From contig OZ025740.1 in assembly GCA_964019335.1 (NCBI GenBank), positions 124,001 through 188,000 of the forward strand: a DNA stretch of 64,000 nucleotides. Direction: 5' to 3'. The translations under genes were made by a program, and so were the position numbers. Below the pieces are notes generated by a model. It was not told the DNA's origin. It ran no database searches and saw nothing but the letters and a program-made list of their open reading frames with translations. The number at the start of each line of letters is the position of its first letter. Positions within the stretch are counted from its first letter, which is position 1. This document shows, in pieces, positions 20,906 through 32,631 of the stretch. Source of the DNA: Diplonema japonicum (lineage: Eukaryota; Protista; Euglenozoa: Diplonemea).

Positions 20906-23838
20906 TCAGTCAAACGAACGGTTGTTCGATGGCAGCACAAGGCTGAGGAGGTTCTTGTTGTTCCTCTCCACGGCCTCGGGAGGGATAAGGCCCAAGTACA
21001 TGGCGTACAACTCATAACACCGTACTGTCTTCTTGTTCACATCACGGGCCATATACCCTTCAAGGTGGTCCCTGATAGCCCAAGGCCGGTTCTGAATAAC
21101 GCTCAGCAGCGCCGGATCGATGGGAAGCTCCTCATCGTCAGTCTCAACCCAGATTTTGTGGTAATACTGAACTGCTGAATCGCCCCATAACGACTCCGTG
21201 TACCCTTTAGCGACAAGAATCTGTGCACCGTTTAACATTTTTGTGACTTTTGGGAAAAGCCCCACCTCCGTTGCTTGTTGTTGTTCCGCGGTGAGGTGCA
21301 TGAACCCATCATTGCACTCATTTCCTTCAAACGGCCGCATTGGTAGAATCCTGGGGCTGATCACCCTGTTGTGTGAAATCCTATCGACCAGGATGAAGTG
21401 CATCAACCCTTGGCACTGTTCCATGTACGGCCCACCAACTAGATTGAAATGCGTTTTCTCCAGCGTCGTAATAAAGTCGACCAAAGGGGTCAGCTTACTG
21501 CGAATGTCCTGACGGATTTCTTTCATGCGGGGCAGGCATTCTCCTGCGTCCAAGGGCATCCAGCCTCCCCGGGATGTTTTTTGAAGTTCTTCGATGATGC
21601 ACACTCTGATGCTGTTGAACTTCAGCTCGGTTTCCTTCCCCTGTGCGGCCTTTCGTGCGCGGGACCGCGGAGTCAGCTCATCGTCGAGCTCTGTCGCGGT
21701 TGAACTGCCCAGCGAGTCAACAAAGACAGCATGTGGCCGCCGTTCCGACCCTGGGCCTTGCTGCAGCCACAGCTGCTTCAAGTTGGGCAGGGTAGGCGTG
21801 AAAGAATGCGGAGCCTCCTGATCCTTTACCGAGCTGTCCTCGCTCTCTGTGTCACTGTTCAGCTCGTCTATAAAATCCTCCTCGTTCCCCCACGACGAGG
21901 GTCCCAATGTGCCCGCCGGTGCTGTCGCCCTCCTATCTCTTTCTTGTTGCGCGTTTGCTGCACCTATTTTGTCGAACCTACAATTAAAAAAAAAATTTTT
22001 TTTTTTTTAAAAAGTTTTTTTTTTAAAACATACCATGAAGGGTCCCTCGTTGCGCCGAGTTGTTGGCAAGCTTCGTAGGCTGCGATGACAGGGCCTGTGG
22101 AACCCTTGGAACACCCTCCTTCCTGCCCCTTCAGATCGGACAGGGAAGGGGACAAAGGCCGCGCGAAAGAGTTGGCCAATGTGGTGCGGACCTTTGCGGG
22201 GAGGTCGGACGGTGGTGGGGTATCATCCGGTGTGGACGACCATTCAGAGTCGTGAGCGGTTGATGGAGCAGGCTGCTGGGCAGATCTCCTCTTCTTGCTG
22301 CGGCCGTAGCACACAAGAACATCCCACTCGTTCTTAACACGCCGCGCTTCCGGCAGCTTCCCGTGCCGACGAAGTGTCGCAAGGTGGGCCATCACATGAC
22401 CTTTCTTCGCCGCATAGTTATTTCTGTCAATCCTCCACTTGGACAAGAACTCCTCCGCGGCGGCAACCTGTGCCTCGCCGACAGTTCGATTCTTGTCGGG
22501 TTTCTCTTGAGGCTCCTCTTGCTCGACATTGACGTTTGAGAAAGCTGGGGCGAGCGGGTCCCACGCAGCTCCAACACCAGGGTCGTACGACTTCCCGTCA
22601 GCCCCACGGAAGACCCCTTCAACAAACGTTGACAGAAGAAACACATCAGTCGCAGAAAGCTGGGTGTGACCTTTCTTTGTGTAACAGCACGCCAGCTTAT
22701 TGTTCACGAAGACGAGGCAGTGGACCACGTTTGAGCCCTTTTTGCTCGAACCGCTTCCAAAGCTGAACACGCTGTCGGCTTGCGGGGCGTCACCGGCGGA
22801 CAATGCCGATTCAACGTAATCCACGAGGACCGTCTGTGTGGTCTGCCCCTGGTTCGTCTGCCATGCTGTGCTTCGGTCGTTAGAGTAAGGCTTGAACTCG
22901 TGAATGCACTGAACGCCTTGCGTCGTCATGGAAGGGTTGTTCACATCTGACATTGAGTGCATCAACGCACGGATGACGCATCCGAGCACGGCTTGAACGC
23001 TTTGCGCGGTTCCGTGGCGGAGGTTGTACACCGACCCGAGGACCATGTCTGTTGCTTCCTTTGCGACCATTGTCAGTCTTCTGAGCATGGCCGGTGACTC
23101 CCCTTGGTCAGACGCGATGGTAAAAAAAACATTATTGTCGTCCTGTTCGATACCGTGAGGGGTACGGGTTGACGTCTTCCACTGCACGCGTTCGCAGGCG
23201 ATTTGAAGGCGGCCGTAGGAGATGACATTGGCGTGGGGAAGCTCGCCTGTACAGGAGAGAAAGGATTGGGTGGACGCCAAGCGTGGGTTGCAGTTTCTTA
23301 TTTGGCTCACTCGGATACAGTCTTCCGTGATGGACGCCGATAGACAGATCAGTTCATAGATGGGCTCCAAGAAATATCCGAAAACGGTCTTTGCAACGGT
23401 GGACTTGAGTGTTTTGTCGGAAATATACGGTTCGAGACGGATGACCAGCTCATCGTCCATGTTGGAAGCAGACAGGAGCGCGTCGTACGAGAGGTTCTCA
23501 GCGTACTCTTGAAAAAAGTTTTCCTTGTTTGCTGTGACATCTGATACGAAAGCTGTCCATGCGTCTTTGCCCTTCAGAGGTTCTTGTTTTTCCGGCTCGT
23601 CCTCGATGAACAGTGCGAGCTCCAGGGTTGCCTTCAGGATGAGGTATGCTTCTGCGATTTTGTAGCAGCACTCCGGGGTCTCTCGTTCTCTGCTAAGGGC
23701 TTCAAGTGCCTTATCCGCGTTCAGGTCTCTTAGAACACCTTGGGCAGCCTTGTGTGCCAAAAGCGTTTCACCTGTGCTGTCGGCGTCCCAGAACCACTGG
23801 GGAACCCCGCATTCGTGGGCTACCATGAGGACTCTCAT
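20906..23838 (-). CDS. HPS1: HPS1-like (BLOC-3 subunit, longin domains), ~958 aa, one 56-nt intron 21978-22033
   Basis: HPS1-like motifs in both ORFs: DQGESPAMLRR, HCLVFVNNKLACCY..LSATD, GLMHFILVDR, KGYT, VRCYELYAMYL..IP. Removing GTATGT..TAG joins the frames with no stop. Confidence 0.82.
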
Positions 23839-24542
23839 TTTTTTTTTTTTTTTTTCCCTCCTTTCCTCCCCCCCCTGCCCTCTCCCTCTGAAAAGTTATA
23901 AAAAAGGTTTTTTCTTTTTTTTTTTTTTTGGTTTGACAAAGAGAGATTATATAAAAGTACATACAGGATTCAAATAAATCCCATTTATGTGGGGGAAGAG
24001 GAAGAAAAGAAGAAATATAAATTTTATATATTCCCCGCTATTCAGGAAAGATCGGATTATAGTGCGGTCCCCCTGCAGTTAGCGTGGGGGTTGTTTGTTC
24101 GGTTTTCTTTTTCTTTGTGCAAAAAGATGATTAGGTTACCGTAAAAACTAAAATTAACATGCAAACTCCTAAAGCGAAAGCCATGCCCTAAAAAGGGAGG
24201 GGGTATGGTCAGTACTAGGTGTCTCTCAGTTTCGGTCAAATCTGGCAAGTAGCACCCTTCATTGGCTCCCACTAGCGTCCCAGCAGTATGGAGAGTTCTT
24301 TTCCCGACCAAAAAAAAAAAAATGAAGGGAAAAGAAAAACTCCTTTCGTTTTTTTTTTTTTTTTTTTTTTTTTTTTGAGCGAAGAATGAGAAGAAAAAAA
24401 AAAAAAAAAAAAAGAAAGAAAAAAAACTCAAACTGATATGCAGTGAAGGAACATCATTTTTGGCTCCGCGTAAGCTGCACAGGGAATAAGGCCACTACTA
24501 GGCATCTTTCAGTTTTCGGACTCATCTTGCGTTTTTTAATCA

Positions 24543-24589
<47 letters not shown>

Positions 24590-24663
24590 GGCTAGAAAGG
24601 AAGTTAGAAAAAACAGTAATTGTAAAAGAAATGAATTGTTAGCGCTAAGAGAAAGGAACAAAA

Positions 24664-24700
<37 letters not shown>

Positions 24701-25430
24701 AAAACAAAAAAAACCATCAACTCTTTTTGTTTCGACGAAAAAGCACACGAAATGATGACATTAATGTTTGGCGCTTCATTGGCTTGAAGGCACGCAAGCA
24801 GTATTTTATCTAAAAGAGGAACTGGCCGTTGTTTTGTAGGGTGTTGTCTTGGCAATAATATTGTTTTTGAAAAAAAAAAAACACATCAATCCTATTTTTT
24901 TGAATTAACTTTTTGAGCGAAAAAAAAAAGAAAAGAAAAAATAATTCATTATGACGCAAAAAAGAAAGAATAACTTTGGTTGCTTCATAAACCGCCTGGC
25001 GAGCAACTTCTTAACCGCGCTAGCGGATGTTGCTACCCTTCTGTGCTGAAGGATGCATGGCTGTGGGAAGGAAAGGTTTTTTAAAAAGCTGCGAAAGTTT
25101 TTTGCTCGGCACAAGTTGCATATAGTAACAAAAAAAAAAAAAAGAAAGAACAAAAAAAAGATAAGGTTATTATTCTTTTTTTTTTTTTTTTTTTTTTTCC
25201 GTTTTGTATCTTCAAACCACTAGGGCCAAAAGAAAAAGTGATAACGGTCATTATTATATTTCTTTTGTAGAATCTTTTTTTTTTTTTTTGATAGTGGGTT
25301 TGCGGGTTGTGAAAGGGAAGGCTTCTTCTGCGCAGGCAGGGGACGAAGGAAACACGGTATCTCTTGAAAAAGACGTAAAGTAACAAAAATAACATAAACT
25401 ACTTTTAAAATAATTGGTTTTTCTATAAAG

Positions 25431-25474
<44 letters not shown>

Positions 25475-25607
25475 CCAATAATTCTCTATTTGCATTTGAG
25501 GTTTTAAGAGGTTTATTTGCGCCAAAAGATGCTGCAAAAAAAAACATTTCTTTCTTTTTTTTTTTTTTTTTTGCGGCAGCCACAAAAAAGAAAAAAAGAA
25601 AAGAAAG

Positions 25608-25646
<39 letters not shown>

Positions 25647-25792
25647 AGGGTTGCTTTCTGTTTTAGTTGCTGCATTGTTTTAAATAATAGCTCACAGCTG
25701 ACTGTTTGCTATTGTAAATCTGCAACGGCGAAAAATGACAAGAAGGGGCTGTGATTGTCAGGCAACATAAGAGGGAAACAAAACAAAAAAAC

Positions 25793-25898
25793 AAAAATGG
25801 GGCTTTGATACGCGCAACAAGGGGCCGACGAGGAGGTCACAACAGCAAACAACGGATCTGATGTACTTTCTTATATTTCCCATGTTATCTCCACCACC
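25793..25898 (-). repeat. Family A copy, internally deleted (keeps P1 5', P2 5', P3/L3)
   Basis: ggtggtg..ataacatggg..aagtacatcagat..tttgctgttgtgacctcctcgtcgg joined to atcaaagccccattt, as at 58848. Confidence 0.75.
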
Positions 25899-26392
25899 AA
25901 AAAAAAATAAAGAGGTAAAAAGAAATCCCTGATTTTGGACGTCTTCCACGCCCCTATACAAAAAAAAAAAAAAAAAAAAAATTGAAACCATGTCAAAAAG
26001 GAGAAGCAAAAGGGTCATCAGGTTAGGCTACCACACGCGCTTCTTCCCTTTTTTTTTTTTTCTTTTTTTTTTTTTTCACGTTTAACTAAAGTATTACTTT
26101 CGGCTCGACTCCTGCACCGGAAGATGCCGGGTCCGGTGCACCTTCTTTTTGCTGACGGTTAATTTTAAACAAGCGCCGCTGATGTGTCAAAGGGGGGGAA
26201 AGGGGGGAGATACAACACGAAAAGAAATTTCGGTGTGAGTTACCGGGGAAGAACAGGCAAAAAAAAGATCAAGCAGCAAAAAAAAAAAAAAAAAAACAAA
26301 AAAAAAAAATTAGTTTAGGGCACGCTTGAGTTAGAGATTCTTTTTTTTTTTTTTTTTTTTTTTTCATTTCAATTTTTTTTTTTTTTTTTTTT

Positions 26393-27541
26393 TCACCATT
26401 TCGATTTGTCCCACAGCAGTTCCTGTATTCTGCCGAACCGGTCCGGGCAGCCCTCCACCCACAGTTCGAAGAAGCCTCGCGGGACACCAATAGGGTCCAC
26501 ATGGAAGAGGTGTGTTACCTGTATCTCATCCTTGCCCATAGGTTGACAAGCAAAACCCATTTCATAAACTATCCCCCGACAAGCCCACTTACCACCCATC
26601 GGGTGTGCCTCCACCGGAACAGAACGAAAAGGACAGTAAAGAGTGTTGTCAAGCGCCCAACCACTCAGCGTCATCATCATATATTCACGTTGTTTGAAGG
26701 GCCATGGAGCGATTTTTTTTGCCATGCGGGTCATACTGATGGGGCCGTCGGTTGCGATTACAGCTTGCGAAGTCGTTTCGGGGAAAATATATTTCTGAGC
26801 GTTACTTCCGTGTTCTTGCATGGCGCGGTGAAGGTTTGAAAAGTCTTTCAAGGTACCTTGAAGCCTCGCGGACATCCTGTAAGCAGGGTGGGGGGTTGTT
26901 TTCCGCACGCTTTTCCATATTTTCACCTCGGTCCTGATGGCCGGAACCCACAATTGTTTCCACGGTTTAAAATCTTTTGAATCGTGAATTGACCGAATGA
27001 ACCTAGGAAGCAGAGATTCCCCTAGTGAGGCCCCGTACTTTCCCTTGACGATGTCGGTATTTGAAATTAATCTGTAGACGAGGTTAGCTACATCCGAAGG
27101 ACCGTTTTTATCAGCTTCGAAAGATGGAATACCGCCTGGGTCGTGGTACTGGTGGATAGTTAATGTCAACCCTTCGCCTACGGAATCTTTGGACACTTCA
27201 CAGCGTTGGTTTAAATAAGCATTTTGCGGGGTTTTCATTGGTTCGCTTGTGTCCGAGGTTAGCTGAATGAAGCCTTCTCCTTCTGTCTTGTTCATGATGT
27301 ACTTTCTCGGCTCGTACAAATTGGGGTAAACCACTTCCCTGGTGATTGTGTTATTTGCTTCATCGAAGGTGTCGGTGGGTAACAGGACCCTTTGTAGAAC
27401 CTCCTCTACCGTCTGGCCCACGAACCTGTGGCTGCATTTGTACACCCCGCAGTTTTGTTTCTGCAACACGTGGTATATCTGGCCGTCAATATCGTACTTT
27501 CCTCTGGAGTAGAATTCGCCTTCTTTCAAGTCGTGCTGCAT
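26393..27541 (-). CDS. START/SRPBCC-domain protein
   Basis: PWPFKQREY..FRSV..HP..RG..GF..P...VTHLFHVDP.G pattern. Confidence 0.82.
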   Translation of the reverse strand: MQHDLKEGEFYSRGKYDIDGQIYHVLQKQNCGVYKCSHRFVGQTVEEVLQRVLLPTDTFDEANNTITREVVYPNLYEPRKYIMNKTEGEGFIQLTSDTSEPMKTPQNAYLNQRCEVSKDSVGEGLTLTIHQYHDPGGIPSFEADKNGPSDVANLVYRLISNTDIVKGKYGASLGESLLPRFIRSIHDSKDFKPWKQLWVPAIRTEVKIWKSVRKTTPHPAYRMSARLQGTLKDFSNLHRAMQEHGSNAQKYIFPETTSQAVIATDGPISMTRMAKKIAPWPFKQREYMMMTLSGWALDNTLYCPFRSVPVEAHPMGGKWACRGIVYEMGFACQPMGKDEIQVTHLFHVDPIGVPRGFFELWVEGCPDRFGRIQELLWDKSKW

Positions 27542-27719
27542 TTCTTTTTTTTTTTTTTTTTCAAAATTCTATTTCTTTTTTTTGGTGGGGGGGAAAATGA
27601 GAATAAGAAAAAGGGGGGGAAAAAGAGGGGGAAAAAACAAAAAAAAAGGAGAAGCCCTCAGCCATTTTTTTTTCTTTTTTTTTTTTTTTTTTTATCGCCC
27701 CATATTCGCTAAGTGACCC

Positions 27720-29690
27720 GCCCTATGTCTCAAAGGGATTACAGGGGGCTATAGGGGAAAAAATGTCAAAAATGCTCAAAGGTTCATTGAATTTTTTTTC
27801 CCAAAAAATCCATATGTCGAACATGAAAGAACGGTGAGTTCCAAGGAAGTTCCAAAAAAATTATGCCAAAAAAGTTTTTTTGGGGGCCAACCAAAATGAC
27901 CTTGGAAGTCGCCATTTTGAGTTTTGGCCATTTTTGCAAACTTTTGCACCTGGGCACTTTTCCCTTTGAAAACCCTCGGAAAACTGGTTCGATCCCAGAA
28001 GCCAGCATCTTCCTGACCAGTAGTTCAGCGGAAAATATTTCGAAGGCCAGGGTGGTCTAGTTGGGAGGGCTTTGCCCTGCACCTAGGCGAAGCGGGTTCA
28101 AACCCCACTCCGGCGGATTTTTTAGGTACACCAGGAGGAGCCTGTACCGGTATTTCTGCTTTTGTAAGCTTGTGGGAGTCTAGTTGAGAAAAGTGCGGTT
28201 TTTGAGGGAAGGACAGCTCTTAACATTGTAAGAATTGTTAGTTGTTAGAGAGTAAAAGCATAACAGGGGGTGGAAAATGGTTTTCAGTGCCCGTATCTGT
28301 AGAGACTGCAAGAAGACATCGGATGAGGTGACCCTCCTCTCCACAAATTGTGTTCTGCAGAACATGGTCGAGTTTCTGCGCCTGCCTCAACCCCGAGGCA
28401 ATAATAAAAGCCAGGCGGCGCAAAAGCGAAAGAGGAAGCGGGAGGCGGAAGAGCCCGGATGAGGGAGTACTGCGCGAGGCGTGTGCTGGGAAAGCTGTGC
28501 TCAAACGGAAAGAGTGCGTTGCCTTCTATTTCGGGTGCCGAGATAGGGTAAAATGCAACGGCAACGCTGCGACCCACGGGCATGTGTCCATCGGGTGGCC
28601 GAGCTGGCTTGAGGAAGGACCGCTGTGCTCTCGTCATTACAACATGAAAGAGCAAAAAATACAGCTGCAGGGAGGAAGAAGCGGAAGAGCGGGGCAAAAA
28701 GGCGCATATCCGTGAACAGAGCCTCGCAGATTACGCTGTTGAACAGTTGTATCAACAGGAGAGTGCTCTGTACGACGAGACCAGCCGCAAGACTCGTAAC
28801 TGCATGACGGCGTTGCTGGCCCGTACAAAAAAGCACCGAAGCGGACACTCGACTCGTTTCTCGCAAGCCCCGTCACAGGGCTCACCATAAACGAACTCGT
28901 GAAGCAGTTTTGGACGTCTGGGAGGATGACTGGCGTACGACCTGTGGAAAGAAGGGAGAGAAACATGTAAAGTGTTACCCCCTGCAACCTCCCAAAATGC
29001 TTCACGATAAGTATATTGCGAAGTATCCTCTTGATAACAGCACCCGTCGGAGCAAGCTTGTTTCGTACTCCTATTTCCTCAAGTCCCGTCCCAGCTACGT
29101 TGCCCTGAAACTTCCGAAGGGTGGCCACTACTGCCCCATACGAATACAGGCAGAGCTCCTCATCCGCGACCTCCGCTCACCCCGGTCTTGCCGGCCTGCC
29201 AAGGAAGCCCTCTGAGTTCCTCGCTCCAGCAAAGCGGCCGTGAAGGCATGGCTGAGGGGAGCGACGCGCGCGAGGTACGGCAACGATGCTTCACAGCCTC
29301 GTTACGAATGGCGACAGTCTCCCACTCCCTCCCCTCTGTTTTAGCAAAATGCGAGTTCTGGTGGGCCACTTAGCGAATATGGAGCGTATTTCATTCTTCA
29401 GAAATTACTTCACGCACTAGGGGGCCCATTACTTCACGCTAAATCTCATTACTTCACGGTGAAATAATGGCCTGTTTTCCGTGAAGTAATAGGTTTCCGG
29501 TAAATAATATGCCTCGGTAGGCCGTTCAGTTCCCAGTGGGGCGCCCCTGGTGGTGAAGTAATTTCAGAGTGTCGTGAAATAAAACCACTTACCTACCGCC
29601 AAGTAATGCTTTACCGACCTCGAGGTAACGGTAAAGTCATTACTTGTTGGCAGTAAATAGTTATTAATACCACCCTTCCCCCCCATGTGC
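27720..29690 (+). mobile_element. Degenerate DNA-transposon-like segment (broken + strand ORF, clustered subterminal-type repeats)
   Basis: Frameshifted Cys/basic ORF 28277-29215 with YIAKYP..VSYSYFLKSRPSYV..HYCP. About 10 copies of ATTACTTCACG-like motifs in both orientations at 29400-29670. No TIR pair found. Confidence 0.45.
28046..28115 (+). tRNA. tRNA-like pseudogene (no isotype assignable)
   Basis: A box TGGTCTAGTTGG, B box GGTTCAAACC, GCCAGG/TCCGGC ends. Stems are mismatched and the anticodon loop is abnormal. Confidence 0.5.
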
Positions 29691-30729
29691 ATACACGTTA
29701 TCCCACAACCGTTAAAAAAATGAGGGGGGGAAAAAAAATATAGTTAGACATTTTTCTTCTGTGTGTCTTGGAAGAGAACTAACATAATAGGAAATGAGAA
29801 AAGGAGGGCGACCCCCTCCCCCTCCCCCTCCCCCGTGTTGTGCTGGTGGCGATTGGCAACATAGCAACCGCAGGACGGGAGCCGGATGCACCGAGGATCT
29901 CTCACCCACCCCAATCAGAATAGGTATAACGTGCTCGCTTATGCATTATATTTACAGGAAAACTGTTTTTCTTTCGTCCCCCTCTTTCCTTTCTTTTTTC
30001 TGTTCCCCTTACTCTATATGGATTGGTAAACCCGAGAGAACAAAGAAATGAGGTTTAAAAACAAAAGAAACCAGAAAGAAGTGGGGGGGCGGACGTAGAG
30101 CGAGGGGAAACAAAGATAGGTTTCATTTTCCCTCTCTCTCTCTTTTTTTTTTTTTTTTTTTTCCTTCTTCCCTTCCAAAAATACAATTGTCTCGAGGGGA
30201 AGTAAAAACGGCATCTCTGGGCGAGAAAAAAAAAAAAACAATGATGATGCCTTGCCAGGAGGGGGCTTGTTATGGTCTTTGCAGTGAAGGGACATCAACC
30301 TCTTTTTAGAAGAAAAAAAAGAGACAGAAAAAAAAAAAAAAAAAAAGAAAGGTAAATATGTATAGGTACTGTTATTCAAAAAAAATAACATAAAGGCCGA
30401 CACAAAGTCTAACCTTGCAGGTAGGGTGGTGGTGGGGGGGGAGGGCATCTTTTTCTTTTTCTTCTTTCGAGGTCCCTTGAAAAAATAAAATAAAAAGGCG
30501 CGCCAATTTTTTTTTTTTTTTTTTTGCATTTGCCTTGCACACACGGTACAAATCCTGAGATAAGAGCTACATGTGTTTTGTTGTTGGTATTTCTGTTTTT
30601 GTTTTTGTTTTTTTTGTTTTTTTTTTTTTCTTTTTGTCACTTTGTAAGAAGAGGGTGGAAACAAAACAAAAGATTATTGCGACAGAGTTGTAATTTTACG
30701 TGTATAGCTTGACATCCCCTCCCCCCCTC

Positions 30730-32235
30730 TCAAATTAAATGCGTTTCCATAGACCTTATATGCCGCATCTCAGAGGCACTTACCAGCGAATCGAGGCTCT
30801 GCTTCTGCTTGGTTACCTCCGACAGCGAGCTTACACACCTCACAAACCTCGCTTTGAGCCTCTCAAAAACCGCAAAAACCGACGGCTGGTAAAGATTGGG
30901 GTGCCCCAACTCCCTTTCATACAATAATACAGGCTCAACAAGTAAAGAAGAATAGTCAGAAGAACACGCAGCACCGACACCAGAAGACAGATAAATCTTG
31001 GTTAGATCGAACACCTCACGCATTACAAAAGTCATGTTTCTAATATGTTTGCGATGGTCGAGCAATGACGCGCGTAAAGCTCTGTTTTTGCAGGTTTCAG
31101 CAGCAATTATACACCCGGAGACGACGGTGCGCTCCCATTTGTTCAATATCGAGATTTTCACGGCGAGATCTTCCTGGATCTTCTCGGCCCCACCCGGTTC
31201 GCACACAGCGCTTAACGGTACAAAACCATCGCTGAAATACCCCGCAACCTGTCTGCTGACAACTGTTGTAAAATACAAAACATGGTCCACCGCGAATTTC
31301 TCCGTCCACTCCCCTGTTCCGGGTGATCTCGACGTTTCGTTTAAAACTGATACAAGAGAATCTGCAAGCTTTGACACCGCTTCGGTTCGATCCTCCTGGT
31401 TCTCTGATATGAATTCAGCATAGGAACCCTCGGCTTTCTGAAGCGTTTCCGAAACATATTTCGAAACAAGGCACGAGCTTTTGAACCGTTGTAAAGCGTG
31501 GGTGAACCACAGGTCCGGGTTGACACCAAAGTACACGTTTAGTTCTTGTTCTGTTTCGTCGCTGTTGCATAACGCGTGGCATGGCTTCAAGGCTTCCGTC
31601 AAGATCCTCCATGACGCAATCGCGTCCGCAGGAGGTTTTCCGGCTATCTTTGCCACACCGTCGTCCCATATAAGCATTAGCTTGTCGATCCTTCCGTGCA
31701 GCTCTCGAGACTTTGACACTAATTTCGTCAACCCTAACGGTTTTGCCGGGGACATTGAAACAAGTTTCTTCCACGTTTTGCAGACACGTTCCGCTGCCAC
31801 GCATGTTAAATAATCAAAAAAATGAATAAGACTGTGCTCGAGTACATCTACTGGGAACGGCTGCTTGCTGTAGTGTATCCTGTCGGGTTTCCTTTGAGCG
31901 GGAGCCTTGCCTCCTCTTTGAAATGAAGGGGAGGGTTGTTGTTGTTGTTGTTGCTGTTGTTGTGCGCTTTCGCGGCGAGCGGGTGGGTGTGGCGGGCCGG
32001 TACGCATTGCCGGCATGACTAGTTGTCCCCATTTTACAGCCTCTGCTTGTTTCATGGTCTTAAGAACGCCTTCTAGCACGCCTGCCTGTTGTGTGTTGTG
32101 GACTGCCCTGTCGCATTGGACAGACCCCGCTCGCCTCACTGGTGGCCGTACCACCACCACGATTTCGCAGTCGTTTTCTTCAGTTGTTGCGCGTCTTGTC
32201 TGCATCACCTTTCGTGCGCCGCATACCTTTATCAT
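30730..32235 (-). CDS. F-box-like protein with polyQ tract (start uncertain)
   Basis: FPVDVLEHSLIHFFDYLTCVAAERVCKTWKKLVS; 501-aa ORF. Confidence 0.75.
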   Translation of the reverse strand: MIKVCGARKVMQTRRATTEENDCEIVVVVRPPVRRAGSVQCDRAVHNTQQAGVLEGVLKTMKQAEAVKWGQLVMPAMRTGPPHPPARRESAQQQQQQQQQPSPSFQRGGKAPAQRKPDRIHYSKQPFPVDVLEHSLIHFFDYLTCVAAERVCKTWKKLVSMSPAKPLGLTKLVSKSRELHGRIDKLMLIWDDGVAKIAGKPPADAIASWRILTEALKPCHALCNSDETEQELNVYFGVNPDLWFTHALQRFKSSCLVSKYVSETLQKAEGSYAEFISENQEDRTEAVSKLADSLVSVLNETSRSPGTGEWTEKFAVDHVLYFTTVVSRQVAGYFSDGFVPLSAVCEPGGAEKIQEDLAVKISILNKWERTVVSGCIIAAETCKNRALRASLLDHRKHIRNMTFVMREVFDLTKIYLSSGVGAACSSDYSSLLVEPVLLYERELGHPNLYQPSVFAVFERLKARFVRCVSSLSEVTKQKQSLDSLVSASEMRHIRSMETHLI

Positions 32236-32631
32236 GTTGGGCCTCCACCTCCCCCCCTTTTGGTGTTTGTTGGGTTTTGAAAAAAAAAATTTTTTTTGGA
32301 GAGAGAAAAAAAAAGGGGGGGGGGTTGGACGGAGATAGACACACCTCTGGAGGTCTCCAGATTGGGGAATTCACTCTCGACAACGAGGCCATAGAAAATG
32401 GGGAAGAGGGGGGAAAGAGAAAAAAAAAATGTTTTTAAAAGAAGTCTTTAGACGCCTCCCCTTTTTTTTCAGCAGCGGTTAAAGAACAAATAATTCTTTT
32501 CTTTTTTTTTTCTTTTAAGAAAGATTAATGTTTCTTTCTGTTCTTCTTTTCTTTGTTTCTTTTTTTGATTCCTTTCCTCTTCTTTGTATGACAACAATAG
32601 TAAATAAATTCTGTTTTTTTTTTCTTCTTAA

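Noticed and set aside
24130-24310. U4 snRNA-like words (AGCCAATGA, CCATACCCC, AATTTTAG) on the - strand
   Set aside because: The U6-pairing 5' segment (TTGCGCAG-like) is absent.
24057-26502. Poly-K/poly-F ORFs here and in other intergenic zones, and similar N-terminal extensions on real genes
   Set aside because: Translations of A/T homopolymer tracts; starts were moved to the downstream ATG.
29400-29670. CRISPR-like array
   Set aside because: Short motifs in mixed orientation with irregular spacing, no cas genes, eukaryotic context.
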